DNA of 64,000 bases from Polyangiales bacterium (GTDB lineage: Bacteria; Myxococcota_A; Polyangia; Polyangiales; Polyangiaceae): NCBI GenBank assembly GCA_038230375.1, contig JBBRNJ010000014.1:70165-134164 (forward strand), written 5' to 3'. The position numbers and the translations under genes were made by a program. Below are positions 18,669 to 28,605 of the stretch, one piece after another; the stretch's first letter is position 1, and each line of letters opens with the position of its first letter. Under the pieces are notes generated by a model, which saw only the letters and a program-made list of their open reading frames with translations, did not search any database and was not told the origin of the DNA.

Positions 18669-19643
18669 CTACGCCACGCCAGCGCTCTCGGCGTGTGCAC
18701 GGAGCAGGAACTCCGCGACGGGCTCGTACACGCGCGTCTGTGCGTCCTTGCACAGGAACAGATCGCCATGAGCGATCGGGTCCCCGGGGCCTCCCACCAC
18801 GCAGAGCTCCTTCGTCGAAGAGCCGATCTCGTCGTACATGGCGCGCGCTGTCTCCTTGGGCACCACGCCGTCGCCCTCGGCCACCACGCAGAGGTACGGG
18901 TACGTCATCTGCGCGAGCGCGGCCGATACGTTCACGTCGCGGATGAGAAAATCACGGCGTCTGATCCACTCGGAGATCTCCCGGTTGATCTGCGGCACGG
19001 GATCCTCCACGGTCTGCACCATCTCGTCCGTGCGTGAGAGGTCGGTGGACTTGGGGTTCAGGTAGATCGAGAGGAGAGAGGGCGTCAGCTTCGCGAGCAC
19101 GGGCAGAAGGACACGCGCTGCGCCCCGGGTGTTCTTGAACGGCACGCGGCCCGCGAGCTCCTTCGAGAAGAACGCCGCGCGCACGAGCGGATGAACCTTC
19201 TTCCACGTGACCACGCCCGCAAGGCTCACCAGCGAGCCCACCTTCGCGTCGGGCACGCACGCGAGGTGTCCGAAGGCGAGCGCCGCGCCGAGGCTGCAGC
19301 CGATGAGATCCACCTTGTCCGCGCCGGTCTTGTCCAGCACGGCCTGGATGCCTGCGCCGACGTCTGCGATGCACAGCTCGGCAAGGCCGTAGGACGGGTT
19401 GCCGCCGATGCGCTCGCTCTTGCCCATGCCACGGAGATCGATCGTGAACGTGTCGATGCCGCGGGAGGCGAGATGCTCCATGAGCGACGGCCCGGTCGGA
19501 TGGAAGCCGAAGATGAAGGAGTTCATCCCGTAGCCGGGGATGAGCAGGGCAGGGCGGCCCACGGGCTCACCGTCTGGCCGCATGCGGCGCATGCTCAGGT
19601 TCCAGCCGTTCTTGTTGGGTACAACGAACTCTTCCACGATCAC
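18669..19643 (-). CDS. Alpha/beta-fold hydrolase
   Basis: LLIPGYG, DLRGMG, GCSLG nucleophile elbow, GDGVV (Asp) and AHGD (His); GTGA overlap with the upstream gene. Confidence 0.85.
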   Translation of the reverse strand: MIVEEFVVPNKNGWNLSMRRMRPDGEPVGRPALLIPGYGMNSFIFGFHPTGPSLMEHLASRGIDTFTIDLRGMGKSERIGGNPSYGLAELCIADVGAGIQAVLDKTGADKVDLIGCSLGAALAFGHLACVPDAKVGSLVSLAGVVTWKKVHPLVRAAFFSKELAGRVPFKNTRGAARVLLPVLAKLTPSLLSIYLNPKSTDLSRTDEMVQTVEDPVPQINREISEWIRRRDFLIRDVNVSAALAQMTYPYLCVVAEGDGVVPKETARAMYDEIGSSTKELCVVGGPGDPIAHGDLFLCKDAQTRVYEPVAEFLLRAHAESAGVA

Positions 19644-20809
19644 CTCATCACGAAGAACTTGAGGTAGCGCCCTTCGGGCCAGGCGGCGAGGGTAGGGTGA
19701 TCCGCTGGCGGACCGAAGCTCTCTGCAAGACGAAGGTCCGATCTCCCGAGGGCCTGGTCGTCGAGCGTGCTCGCGAATGCGGTCGCGTCCACGTGGCTCG
19801 AGCACGACGCGGCGCAGAAGGTCCCGCCCTTTGCGAGGACATTCACGCATGCAGCATGCAGCTTTCTGTACGCGGAGATCGCGCGCGGCAAGGACTTCGC
19901 GTTCGGTGCGAAGCTCGGCGGATCAGAGATCACGATGTCCCACGATTTCTTTTCGGTCGCCGCGCGCTCCAGGAATATGAATGCGTCCGCCGTCGCGAAC
20001 GCGTGCCCCTTCGGGTCCAGGTCCGCCACGCGGAACGAGTCCATCGCGGTCTTGTGCGCCGCCGCTGCCACGTCGACGCTGGTCGTGATCGCGCCTGCGC
20101 GCGCCGCGTGGATCGAGAAGCCGCCAGCGTAGGAGAACAGGTTGAGGACCGTGACGCCGCGGCCGCCCTTCGCGCGAACCAGATCGCCGACGCGCCGTCG
20201 GTTCTCGCGCTGGTCCAGGAAGGCGCCGGTCTTCTGGCCAGAGAGCACGTCGACCACGAACGGCACTCCGTGCTCCATCACGCGGATCGCCTTTGCGGGG
20301 GGCGGACCGTGCAGCGTGATCGCTTCCTGTTCACGGAGACGCAGCACGAGCGTCTTCATCCCGAGCGGCGCGAGCGCACGCACGAGCACCTCCACGTGAT
20401 CGCGCACGAGCGCCTCTGCTGCGCGACCATCTGGCTTCACGACGCAGACTTCGTCGTAGCGATCGATGACGATGCCCGGCACGCGATCACCTTCGCCGTG
20501 CGCGACGCGAAATGCGTTCGTCTGCTGGTCGAAGAGCTCGGCGCGGATGCGCACGCACTCATCGAGACGTCCCGGCAAAAGACGGGACGGAACGACATGT
20601 GGGTCGGGCGACCACACTCGAACCGCGAGGGGAGACTCGCTGTCGTACAGACCCACGCCGACCTTCTTCTTGTCGTCGCCGATCAGCACGACCTCGCCGT
20701 GGTCTAGCTCGGGCGCGCGGGCGACGGCGTCCTTGTAAATCCAGGGATGGCCGCGCTCCACGGCGCGTACGCCTGCGGTGCGAAGGATGACCTCGGGCGG
20801 TGCCTTCAT
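19640..20809 (-). CDS. RlmI-like class I SAM-dependent rRNA methyltransferase
   Basis: PUA-like GHPWIY, GEGDRVPGIVIDRY, GQKTGAFLDQRENR, LNLFSYAGGFS, DPPSFA and SCSSH. Confidence 0.88.
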   Translation of the reverse strand: MKAPPEVILRTAGVRAVERGHPWIYKDAVARAPELDHGEVVLIGDDKKKVGVGLYDSESPLAVRVWSPDPHVVPSRLLPGRLDECVRIRAELFDQQTNAFRVAHGEGDRVPGIVIDRYDEVCVVKPDGRAAEALVRDHVEVLVRALAPLGMKTLVLRLREQEAITLHGPPPAKAIRVMEHGVPFVVDVLSGQKTGAFLDQRENRRRVGDLVRAKGGRGVTVLNLFSYAGGFSIHAARAGAITTSVDVAAAAHKTAMDSFRVADLDPKGHAFATADAFIFLERAATEKKSWDIVISDPPSFAPNAKSLPRAISAYRKLHAACVNVLAKGGTFCAASCSSHVDATAFASTLDDQALGRSDLRLAESFGPPADHPTLAAWPEGRYLKFFVMR

Positions 20810-21020
20810 CTTATTTTCGATGCCGTAGCAGATCGCGTGATCGATTTGCTTGTGCGGATCCATCCTGTGCCAGGGTGGGAGAAAAATGCGACGCAAATGT
20901 CGTGCATGAATTGACGGCGGTGGAAAGAGGGGCAGAATCCCCGGCGTAGTTTTCGAGCACGGCGTTTGCTTTCAACGGGTTGTGGCATTGCATCCCGATA
21001 CCCGGACCTCCAGGAACCTC

Positions 21021-22127
21021 ATGGCGAAGAAGAAGTCCCCGCGCAAGCGCCCTCCGGTCCCCATGACCGCATCGAAGGCGTTGTCGCATCTTGCGGAGCA
21101 CCCGATTGGCAGTGCGCGCGACAGCGAGCCCCGCGAGAGCGGCACGCGCGAGTCGCGTACCAGCGGCGTGTTCGAGGAGCTGTACGCCGGCGAGCTGCGT
21201 CGCCGCGCCGAGGCGCTCGCGGTGGAGATTGGTCCCGTTGCCCCTGCACCCGCCCCCGCCCCCGCACCCAGCGGGCCGAAGCTGCGCGAGGAGCGCAAGG
21301 CAGCCGACGCCCGCGCCTTGGAAGCACACGAAGCACGCGCCACCGCAAAGCAGGCGGCGGAAGATCTGCTGGACGACACGAGCATCCCGCCGGTCGACGT
21401 GGAGGCGGAGCAGTTCTTTGCTGAAGGAGAGAGCCGCGCCTCCATGCCGCATCTCTGGGCCCACGAGCCGGAGCATCTGGATCTCGACGAGCCGCATTCC
21501 GATCACGTGCGTCGGGCTTCGCCAGAGGTGCTCGTGCGTCGGACGCGCCTCCGCAAGGTCACCCAGCGCGTCGTCGCCGCGTTTGCGCTCATCGCGCTCG
21601 CGGGACTCGGCAAGGCTGCGTTCACGCACGCCCCGTCCGCGGAGCTCCCGCTGTCATCCGTGGTGCATGCAGCCGCGGCCATCGAGCAAGAGCGGCTTGC
21701 CCCCCAGGCACTCGCTGCGCAGCCACCCGCCGCTGTGCGCGCCGCGGCTGCGATCCCGCCGCCCGAGCCGGCAAAGGTGGAGGAGCCCAAGGCGGAGGCT
21801 CCGGTCGCGGAGAAGCCGACCGAGCAGCTCGCCGCGAAGCCCAGCGAAGACGTGAAGCCGACCGACGAGGCCAAGCCCGCTCCTTCGGGCGACGCGAAGG
21901 CCGACAAGAAGGCGGCTCAGCGCGCGATCGATCGCGGTGACAACAAGGGTGCTGTCGAAGCCGGCGAGCGCGCGCTCGAGGTCGACCCGACCGACGCGGA
22001 GACCTGGCTCATTGTCGGCGCTGCCTATCAACAGATGGGACAGGGCGCGAAGGCCCGTCAGGCGTTCTCCTCGTGCATGAGCAAGTCGACGCATGGCCCC
22101 AGGGGCGAGTGCGCGGCTTTCCGCTGA
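21021..22127 (+). CDS. Bitopic membrane protein with C-terminal TPR
   Basis: Disordered N-terminus, one TM (VVAAFALIALAGL), Pro/Ala linker, TPR-like ALEVDPTDAETWLIVGAAYQQMG. Confidence 0.7.
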   Translation: MAKKKSPRKRPPVPMTASKALSHLAEHPIGSARDSEPRESGTRESRTSGVFEELYAGELRRRAEALAVEIGPVAPAPAPAPAPSGPKLREERKAADARALEAHEARATAKQAAEDLLDDTSIPPVDVEAEQFFAEGESRASMPHLWAHEPEHLDLDEPHSDHVRRASPEVLVRRTRLRKVTQRVVAAFALIALAGLGKAAFTHAPSAELPLSSVVHAAAAIEQERLAPQALAAQPPAAVRAAAAIPPPEPAKVEEPKAEAPVAEKPTEQLAAKPSEDVKPTDEAKPAPSGDAKADKKAAQRAIDRGDNKGAVEAGERALEVDPTDAETWLIVGAAYQQMGQGAKARQAFSSCMSKSTHGPRGECAAFR

Positions 22128-22187
22128 GCAGAACCGCCTGAGCCCGCCGAGCCCAGCGCGCCCGCCCAGATCGATGGCCCGCCTGCG

Positions 22188-22216
22188 TTGACACCTATGC
22201 CCGTGGGCGGTAGGTG
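22188..22216 (+). promoter_or_regulatory. Sigma70-like promoter of the prs operon
   Basis: TTGACA-N17-TAGGTG upstream of GGAGG RBS and GTG 22259. Confidence 0.5.
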
Positions 22217-22258
22217 GACGCTCGAACCCCGTCCATCGCCGTTGCTCTCGGAGGCCCA

Positions 22259-23200
22259 GTGTTCAAAAAGGTCAGCCTGTTCACGGGTAACGCGAATCCA
22301 GAGCTAGCGAGCGCGATCGCGGGCTACCTGGAGGCCCCCATGGGGAAGGCCAAGATCCAGCGCTTCTCGGACGGCGAGACCTTCTGTGAGATCGGCGAGA
22401 ACGTCCGCGGCGTGGACGCGTACATCATCCAGCCCACGTGCCGCCCCGTGAACGACCACGTGATGGAGCTGCTCATCATGGCGGACACGCTTCGCCGCGC
22501 CTCCGCCGAGAACATCACCGCCGTCATCCCGTACTACGGCTACGGGCGCCAGGATCGCAAGGTCGCGCCGCGCACGCCCATCACGAGCAAGCTCGTCGCG
22601 GACCTGATGCAGGCAGCAGGCGTCACGCGCGTCGTCAGCGTCGACTTGCACGCTGGGCAGATCCAGGGCTTCTTCAACATCCCGTTCGATCACCTCTACG
22701 CGATGCCGGTGATGCTCGACTACCTGAAGCGGAAGTTCGACTCGTCGGCGGTCTTCGTGTCCCCGGACGCTGGCGGCGTGGAGCGCGCGCGCGCGTACTC
22801 GAAGCGCCTGAACGCGAGCCTCGCCATCATCGACAAGCGCCGCGAGCACGCCAACGTCAGTGAGGTCATGCATCTCATCGGCGAGGTGAAGGGCCGCGAC
22901 TGCATCGTCATCGACGACATGATCGACACCGCCGGCACGCTGGTCGGCGCCGCGCGCGCGCTCATGGAGAAGGGCGCGAACCGCGTCGTCGCGTGTGCCA
23001 CGCACGGCGTGCTGTCCGGCCCCGCGATCACGCGAATCCAGGAGTCGGTCCTCGAGGAGGTCGTCGTCACGGACACGATCCCTCTGACGGAAGAGGCGAA
23101 GGGCTGCAGCAAGATCAAGCAGGTCAGCATTGCAAAGCTGCTGGGCGAGGCCATCAAGCGAATCCACTCGAGCGATTCGGTCTCCTCACTGTTCGCCTAG
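22259..23200 (+). CDS. prs: Ribose-phosphate pyrophosphokinase
   Basis: [34 protein letters not shown] and DDMIDTAGT. Confidence 0.97.
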   Translation: MFKKVSLFTGNANPELASAIAGYLEAPMGKAKIQRFSDGETFCEIGENVRGVDAYIIQPTCRPVNDHVMELLIMADTLRRASAENITAVIPYYGYGRQDRKVAPRTPITSKLVADLMQAAGVTRVVSVDLHAGQIQGFFNIPFDHLYAMPVMLDYLKRKFDSSAVFVSPDAGGVERARAYSKRLNASLAIIDKRREHANVSEVMHLIGEVKGRDCIVIDDMIDTAGTLVGAARALMEKGANRVVACATHGVLSGPAITRIQESVLEEVVVTDTIPLTEEAKGCSKIKQVSIAKLLGEAIKRIHSSDSVSSLFA

Positions 23201-23302
23201 GTCAAGGTCGAGGTCGGGGGGCCACCTTGACCCAGCGAGAAATCGCTACCTGTTTCTCCGGGCGTTTGCTATCTACCGACCCCCATTTCAGGAGCCAGAG
23301 CC

Positions 23303-24028
23303 ATGACGTCCGCCATGATCCAAGTCAACGCCAAGTCCCGCACCGCCACCGGCAAGAGCGCAGCCGGCCGCATCCGCGCGAAGGGCGAGGTCCCCGCGGT
23401 CGCGTACGGTCATGATCTGCCGTCCACGCTCCTCTCGGTCGATCCCAAGCAGATCGTGTCGATCCTCGCCAACGAGCGCGGCAAGAACAACGTGCTCAAG
23501 GTCGACGTCGAGGGGAAGAAGAACTTCCTCGCGATGATCAAGGAGTACGCCTACCACCCGGTGAAGCGGAACCTCACGCACGTTGACTTCGTCGAGGTGA
23601 AGCTCGACAAGCCGGTCGACGTCGAGATCCCGCTCTTCACCAAGGGCAAGGCCGTCGGCGTGACCGCGGGCGGCATGCTCCGTCAGGTCTACCGCATGGT
23701 GCCGGTGCGCTGCCTCCCGGACCGCATCCCGCTCAAGCTGGAGGTCGACGTCACGCACCTCGAGCTCGGCGAGGCCATTGCCACCAAGGACCTCAACCTC
23801 GGTGAGGGCGTCACCGCTCGTCTCCCGGATGAGCAGACCCTCGTCGCCGTCGTGGCGCCCGAGAAGGATCGCACCGAGGAAGACGCGGCCGCAGCAGCCC
23901 TTCTTGCTGGCGCGGCTCCCGCGGCTGGTGCAGCTCCGGCTGCCGGCGCGGCCCCCGCGGCTGGCGCGAAGGACGCGAAGGCTGCGGCACCTGCCGCCGC
24001 CGCCGCGAAGGACACGAAGAAGAAGTAG
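23303..24028 (+). CDS. rplY: 50S ribosomal protein L25 / general stress protein Ctc
   Basis: VPAVAYG, HPVKRNLTHVDF, GVTAGG; between prs and pth; Ala-rich tail. Confidence 0.95.
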   Translation: MTSAMIQVNAKSRTATGKSAAGRIRAKGEVPAVAYGHDLPSTLLSVDPKQIVSILANERGKNNVLKVDVEGKKNFLAMIKEYAYHPVKRNLTHVDFVEVKLDKPVDVEIPLFTKGKAVGVTAGGMLRQVYRMVPVRCLPDRIPLKLEVDVTHLELGEAIATKDLNLGEGVTARLPDEQTLVAVVAPEKDRTEEDAAAAALLAGAAPAAGAAPAAGAAPAAGAKDAKAAAPAAAAAKDTKKK

Positions 24029-24040
24029 TCGCTTCTCGTC

Positions 24041-24613
24041 GTGTGGCTTCTGATTGGCCTGGGAAATCCAGGCAAGAAGTACGAACGAAACCGCCACAAC
24101 ATCGGCTTCGTCGTGACGGAGTCCATCCGCGACGACAAAGGTCTTCCGGATTTCCGGGACAAGTTCAGTGGGCGCTTCTCCAGGGGCGATGCGCTCGCTG
24201 TGCTCTTGCCGCAGACGTTCATGAACCTGTCGGGGGACAGCGTGCAGCCCGCGCAGGCGTTCATGAAGCTCGAGCCGTCACAGATCATCGTGGTCCACGA
24301 CGAGCTCGATCTTCCGTTCGGGCGCATCGCCGTGAAGGTCTCGGGGGGCCACGCCGGTCACAACGGCCTTCGCAGCATCATCGCGCGTCTGGGCACGCCC
24401 GACTTCGTGCGCGTCCGCGTGGGCGTCGGCAGGCCACCGCCAGGCTTTCAGGGAGACGTGGCGGACTACGTGCTCGCGGACTTCGATGCGAGCGAGCGCG
24501 CGGAGCTACCAGGCGTTGTCACGCGCGCGAAGGACGCAGTCAACGCAGTCATCGATCACGGCGTGGACGCCGCCATGACCACGGTGAACCAGACCGCGTC
24601 CAAGAAGAAATGA
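24041..24613 (+). CDS. pth: Peptidyl-tRNA hydrolase
   Basis: GLGNPG, RHNIGF, FMNLSG, HDELDL and GHNGLRS. Confidence 0.97.
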   Translation: MWLLIGLGNPGKKYERNRHNIGFVVTESIRDDKGLPDFRDKFSGRFSRGDALAVLLPQTFMNLSGDSVQPAQAFMKLEPSQIIVVHDELDLPFGRIAVKVSGGHAGHNGLRSIIARLGTPDFVRVRVGVGRPPPGFQGDVADYVLADFDASERAELPGVVTRAKDAVNAVIDHGVDAAMTTVNQTASKKK

Positions 24614-25171
24614 CTACAGCGAGCGCTCTCCCTGGTAGTTGCCCTGGTAGAGGTGGAAGCAGTCCGACGAGGGAGTGCCGTCCGCAGTGGTCGTACGCGA
24701 GGCCGCGATGCGCAGGCGCTGCTGGTCGATCTCTCCTGTGAGATCCTTGAAGCGCGGGTGCCCGAGCAGCAACTCCCACGCGTCATCCTGACGCGCCTCC
24801 TGCGCCCAGGTGGAGTCGAGCGCGATCGCGTTCTCCAGCGCCGCGAGCGCCTGCGTGTGACGGCCGGCGCGCGCGAGCTCGCAGCCGTGCTTGAAATGAA
24901 GCATCGCCAGGCTGTCGCCAGCGATCTCGTGGCCAAGCCGGCTCATCTCGTGGATGGCCTGCTCGTACGCAACGACGGCCTCGTCGTGACGTTCCAGGAA
25001 CGCCAGTGCCAGCGCCCGCGATTGAGACTCGAGCTGCGCCTCACCGGCCATCGAGAGCAACGTCTCCGCCACATGGCGTGAGTGCATCGGCCCTTCGCCC
25101 GGCCCGTTGAGGAAGCTGAGAGAGCCCGTGAAACCGTCGGTTCCGCCTTGTAGTGCCATCGTCGTCGTCAC
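24614..25171 (-). CDS. TPR-containing hypothetical protein
   Basis: TPR-like helices ending in FKHGCELARAG...ALENAIALD...ARQDDAW (TPR-end-like). Confidence 0.6.
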   Translation of the reverse strand: MTTTMALQGGTDGFTGSLSFLNGPGEGPMHSRHVAETLLSMAGEAQLESQSRALALAFLERHDEAVVAYEQAIHEMSRLGHEIAGDSLAMLHFKHGCELARAGRHTQALAALENAIALDSTWAQEARQDDAWELLLGHPRFKDLTGEIDQQRLRIAASRTTTADGTPSSDCFHLYQGNYQGERSL

Positions 25172-25495
25172 CCTCGCCCGCCGTAAAGCAGGTCCCGGGC
25201 CAACGTGGAGAGCCCCCAGCGCGACGCCTCGATCGGCCGAATATCTGCCACAGTCGAGTGATTCGCAGTCGATTCGAACGGCGTGGCTGTGGCGGATGCG
25301 CCTCGGAAGTCGGAACTTTTCTTCACGGCCTGTGGCGCGTGCAGAAATTGTCTGCCGCCCATGCGCGCAGGCTGACGGTTACGGCAGTGAAAGGCGTGAC
25401 TGTAGGTTCTCGATCGGGGTGTGACCGGAGTTGACGGCGGGGCTCGGGGCACCGGCACCGGAAGCTGCACGTGTGGACGTTTGCAGGGAGAGGGC

Positions 25496-25599
25496 TTGCG
25501 ATGCGCAGGGTTGTTCGCTAGAACGCCGTTCCCCCGCTCGTGGGCTTTTGCCGCACGGGCTACCCCGGGTCTTTCGACCTGGGAATCCAAGGAGACAGC
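25496..25599 (+). promoter_or_regulatory. rpsF promoter and structured 5' leader (candidate S6:S18 leader)
   Basis: TTGCGA-N17-TAGAAC (25496-25524); hairpins GCTCGTG/CACGGGC with an internal CCG (25536-25560) and CCCGGGTC-TTTC-GACCTGGG (25564-25583) before AAGGAG. Confidence 0.45.
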
Positions 25600-26145
25600 A
25601 TGACCACTACCCAAGTACTGCCCACGAAGGAGTACGAGACCATCTACATCCTTCGCCCCGATGTCGACGCCGACACCGCGGACAAGATCCAGAGCCGCGT
25701 GGCCGAGGTCGTCGGTCGCGACAACGGCAAGCTCGTCAAGGTCGAGGCCTGGGGCCGCCGCAAGCTCGCCTACCCGGTGCAGAAGCACAAGAAGGGCGTC
25801 TACGTGTACGTGAAGTACGTGGGCAAGGGCGGCCTCGTGGCAGAGCTCGAGCGCAACCTGAAGATCCAGGATGCGGTCCTCAAGTTCCAGACGGTGCTCA
25901 CCAAGGCCGTCGTCGACACCGAAGCGCTCACCGTGGATCCGGAGGACGTGAAGTACACGCGCCTCGAGCTCCCGGCAGAGACGGACGAGATCGAGTCGCG
26001 TGAGCGTCAGCTCGGCCTCCTTGACCTTGGCAACGACGGCCCCAAGAGCCGCCGCCCGGATCACGGTGAGGAAGAATTTGTCGACGACGCCGAAGAGGCC
26101 GAAGTCGCCGTCGTGGAACCCAAGAAGGAGGAGGAGGAGACCTGA
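25600..26145 (+). CDS. rpsF: 30S ribosomal protein S6 with acidic C-terminal extension
   Basis: YETIYILRPD and WGRRKLAYPV; AAGGAG RBS. Confidence 0.96.
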   Translation: MTTTQVLPTKEYETIYILRPDVDADTADKIQSRVAEVVGRDNGKLVKVEAWGRRKLAYPVQKHKKGVYVYVKYVGKGGLVAELERNLKIQDAVLKFQTVLTKAVVDTEALTVDPEDVKYTRLELPAETDEIESRERQLGLLDLGNDGPKSRRPDHGEEEFVDDAEEAEVAVVEPKKEEEET

Positions 26146-26173
26146 TCGGTCTTTCTCCTGAAGAAACCCCACC

Positions 26174-26467
26174 ATGTCGAATATGGCTTATGACGACGAC
26201 AAGGATTTCGGCCGCACGCCGGACCTGAACCAGGATGCACCCGGCCGCCGTCGCGGCGGTAAGAAGCGCGTCTGCAAGTACTGCGCGGACAAGACCGTGC
26301 TCATCGATTACAAAGACCCGCAGGCGCTCAAGTACTTCGTGAGCGAGCGCGGCAAGGTCGTTCCGCGCCGCATCAGCGGCAACTGCGCGCTCCACCAGCG
26401 CAAGGTGACGCTTGCCATCAAGCGCGCCCGCAACATCGCGCTCTTGCCCTTCACGGTCACGGGCTGA
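26174..26467 (+). CDS. rpsR: 30S ribosomal protein S18 (Zn-binding form)
   Basis: [22 protein letters not shown] and AIKRAR. Confidence 0.97.
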   Translation: MSNMAYDDDKDFGRTPDLNQDAPGRRRGGKKRVCKYCADKTVLIDYKDPQALKYFVSERGKVVPRRISGNCALHQRKVTLAIKRARNIALLPFTVTG

Positions 26468-26479
26468 GAGGACATCGTC

Positions 26480-26938
26480 ATGCCCGCAACCATTCAAGTC
26501 ATCCTGCAGTCCGACGTGCACAACGTTGGCAAGTCCGGTGAGCTGGTCAAGGTTCGTCCTGGCTTCGCTCGCAACTTCCTCCTGCCGCGTGAGCTCGCTG
26601 TTCCTGCGACCACCGCGCAGGTGAACCGCGTGAACCACGATCGCGCCGTCGCGATCGCCCGCGCGGAGAAGAACAAGAAGGAGTCCCAGGAGCTCGCGAA
26701 CAAGATCGGCGCCCTCGTCGTCAAGATCGCGCGCCCCGTGGGCGAAGAAGACCGCCTCTTCGGGTCGGTCACTGCGAAGGACATCGAGAACGCGGTCCAC
26801 GCGGCGGGTCTCCCGTCGTTCGAGCGCAAGAAGATGCACCTTGCAGAGCCGCTGAAGACCCTCGGCACGTTCGAGATCCCCGTGAAGCTCACGGCGGACA
26901 TCACGGCGACGCTCAAGGTCGAAGTCACCAAGAAATAG
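26480..26938 (+). CDS. rplI: 50S ribosomal protein L9
   Basis: VKVRPGFARNFLLP and LFGSVT. Confidence 0.97.
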   Translation: MPATIQVILQSDVHNVGKSGELVKVRPGFARNFLLPRELAVPATTAQVNRVNHDRAVAIARAEKNKKESQELANKIGALVVKIARPVGEEDRLFGSVTAKDIENAVHAAGLPSFERKKMHLAEPLKTLGTFEIPVKLTADITATLKVEVTKK

Positions 26939-27032
26939 TCGCAGCTCCGCGTGAAGACGCGGCGCAACCACAACCTGGCCCTCGGAGCGATGGTATCGTT
27001 TCGAGGGCTGGTTTCATTTCGAGGAGTGACCT

Positions 27033-28514
27033 GTGGAAAAGACGTGGAAGCCTCGTCGAGAAAATGTGGAGAACCCGCCCCCGGTGGAGGGGCGTGTACC
27101 GCCGCACGATCTCGACGCGGAGGCCGCCGTGCTCTCCGCGGTGCTCATCGATCCGGTCGCGTTCGACAAGGTGCAGGATTTCCTGCTGCCCGAGCACTTT
27201 TACTCGGAGCGCCACCGCCGCATCTTCGAGGCCTGCGTCGAGCTCAAGGCCGTGGGCGCGCCCGTCGATATCGTGCAGGTTGGCTCCTGGCTGAAGTCGC
27301 GCGAGCGCCTCGCCCAGACCGGCGGCATGGGCTACCTCACCGAGGTCCTGAACGCCGCGCCTGCCGTCGCGAACGTGGGCGCGTACGGCCGCACCATCTT
27401 CGAGAAGTTCCGCGTCCGCCAGCTGATCCTCACGTGCCAGCGCGTCGCCGCGCAGGGCTACGGCGACTACGGCGAGGCGCAGCAGTTCATCGACGGCACC
27501 GAGCAGGCGATCTACGGCCTGGCGCGCACCAGCCAGTCGAGCTCCACCGAGAAGCTCGTCGAGGCCATCAAGCGCAGCTTCCAGACACTCGCCGAAGCAG
27601 CGAAGCGCGGCAACCGCATCACCGGTGTCTCCACGGGCTTCAATCGCTACGACGGCTTCACTGCCGGCCTGCACGACGGTGACCTCACGATCGTCGCGGC
27701 GCGCCCTGGCATGGGCAAGACCAGCCTCGTCCTCAACATGGCCGTCAACGTGGCCAGCCCGAAGAGCCGCGAGGCGTCCGACGACCCGAACAATCGCTGG
27801 GAAGAAGAGGGCACGGGCTGCGCGGTGTTCTCGCTCGAGATGCCCCGAGAGCAGCTCGCGAATCGTATGCTCTTCTCCGAGGCGCGCGTCGACGTCTCCA
27901 AGATGAGGACGGGTTTCCTCTCGCAGCAGGACTGGTCCGCGCTCACGCAGGCCGCGTCGTTCCTCTCCACGTTGCCGATCTGGATCGACGACTCGCCATC
28001 GCTCACGCTCCTGGATCTGCGGGCGAAGGTGCGCCGGCTGCAGTCCGACTACGACGTGGTCGACGGCGACGGGCGCCGCACGCGCAGGCTCGGCCCCGTG
28101 ATCGTCGACTACTTGCAGCTCATGAAGGGCCGCGACGGCGCGCAGTCCCGCGAGCAGGAGATCAGCGAGATCTCTCGAGGCCTGAAGGCCATGGCGAAGG
28201 AGCTGAAGGTCCCCGTGATCGCGCTCTCGCAGCTGAATCGCGCGGTGGAGACGCGCTCGGAGAAATCGAAGAGGCCGCTCATCTCGGACCTGCGCGAGTC
28301 AGGCGCCATCGAGCAGGACGCCGACAACATCTGCTTCATCTATCGCGACGACTACTACAACAAGGAACAGAGCGAAGAACCCAACGTGGCGGAGCTCATC
28401 ATCGCGAAGCAGCGTAACGGTCCCACGGGAACCGCGAAGGTCCGCTTCGACAACCAGTACACACGCTTCGACAACCTGGCCGACGGCGAATACATGGAAG
28501 ACCCGCACGGCTGA
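27033..28514 (+). CDS. dnaB: Replicative DNA helicase
   Basis: PPHDLDAE, AARPGMGKTS, FSLEM, VDYLQLM, ALSQLNR, DLRESGAIEQDAD and KQRNGPTG. Start could be GTG 27066. Confidence 0.97.
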   Translation: MEKTWKPRRENVENPPPVEGRVPPHDLDAEAAVLSAVLIDPVAFDKVQDFLLPEHFYSERHRRIFEACVELKAVGAPVDIVQVGSWLKSRERLAQTGGMGYLTEVLNAAPAVANVGAYGRTIFEKFRVRQLILTCQRVAAQGYGDYGEAQQFIDGTEQAIYGLARTSQSSSTEKLVEAIKRSFQTLAEAAKRGNRITGVSTGFNRYDGFTAGLHDGDLTIVAARPGMGKTSLVLNMAVNVASPKSREASDDPNNRWEEEGTGCAVFSLEMPREQLANRMLFSEARVDVSKMRTGFLSQQDWSALTQAASFLSTLPIWIDDSPSLTLLDLRAKVRRLQSDYDVVDGDGRRTRRLGPVIVDYLQLMKGRDGAQSREQEISEISRGLKAMAKELKVPVIALSQLNRAVETRSEKSKRPLISDLRESGAIEQDADNICFIYRDDYYNKEQSEEPNVAELIIAKQRNGPTGTAKVRFDNQYTRFDNLADGEYMEDPHG

Positions 28515-28605
28515 GACTGCCCTGGACAAGCGGTGCCGCAGGCCCCACTGATTCACCTGCGGAAGTTCGAGGCTGGGACGGCGACCGCGCACCGTAAAGC
28601 TAACC

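Noticed and set aside
18669..19643. PHA synthase (PhaC)
   Set aside because: The elbow is G-C-S-L-G with Ser at the nucleophile position, not the Cys of PhaC; no pha genes nearby.
27033..28514. Intein in DnaB
   Set aside because: Length is normal; only short loop insertions, with no splicing or endonuclease motifs.
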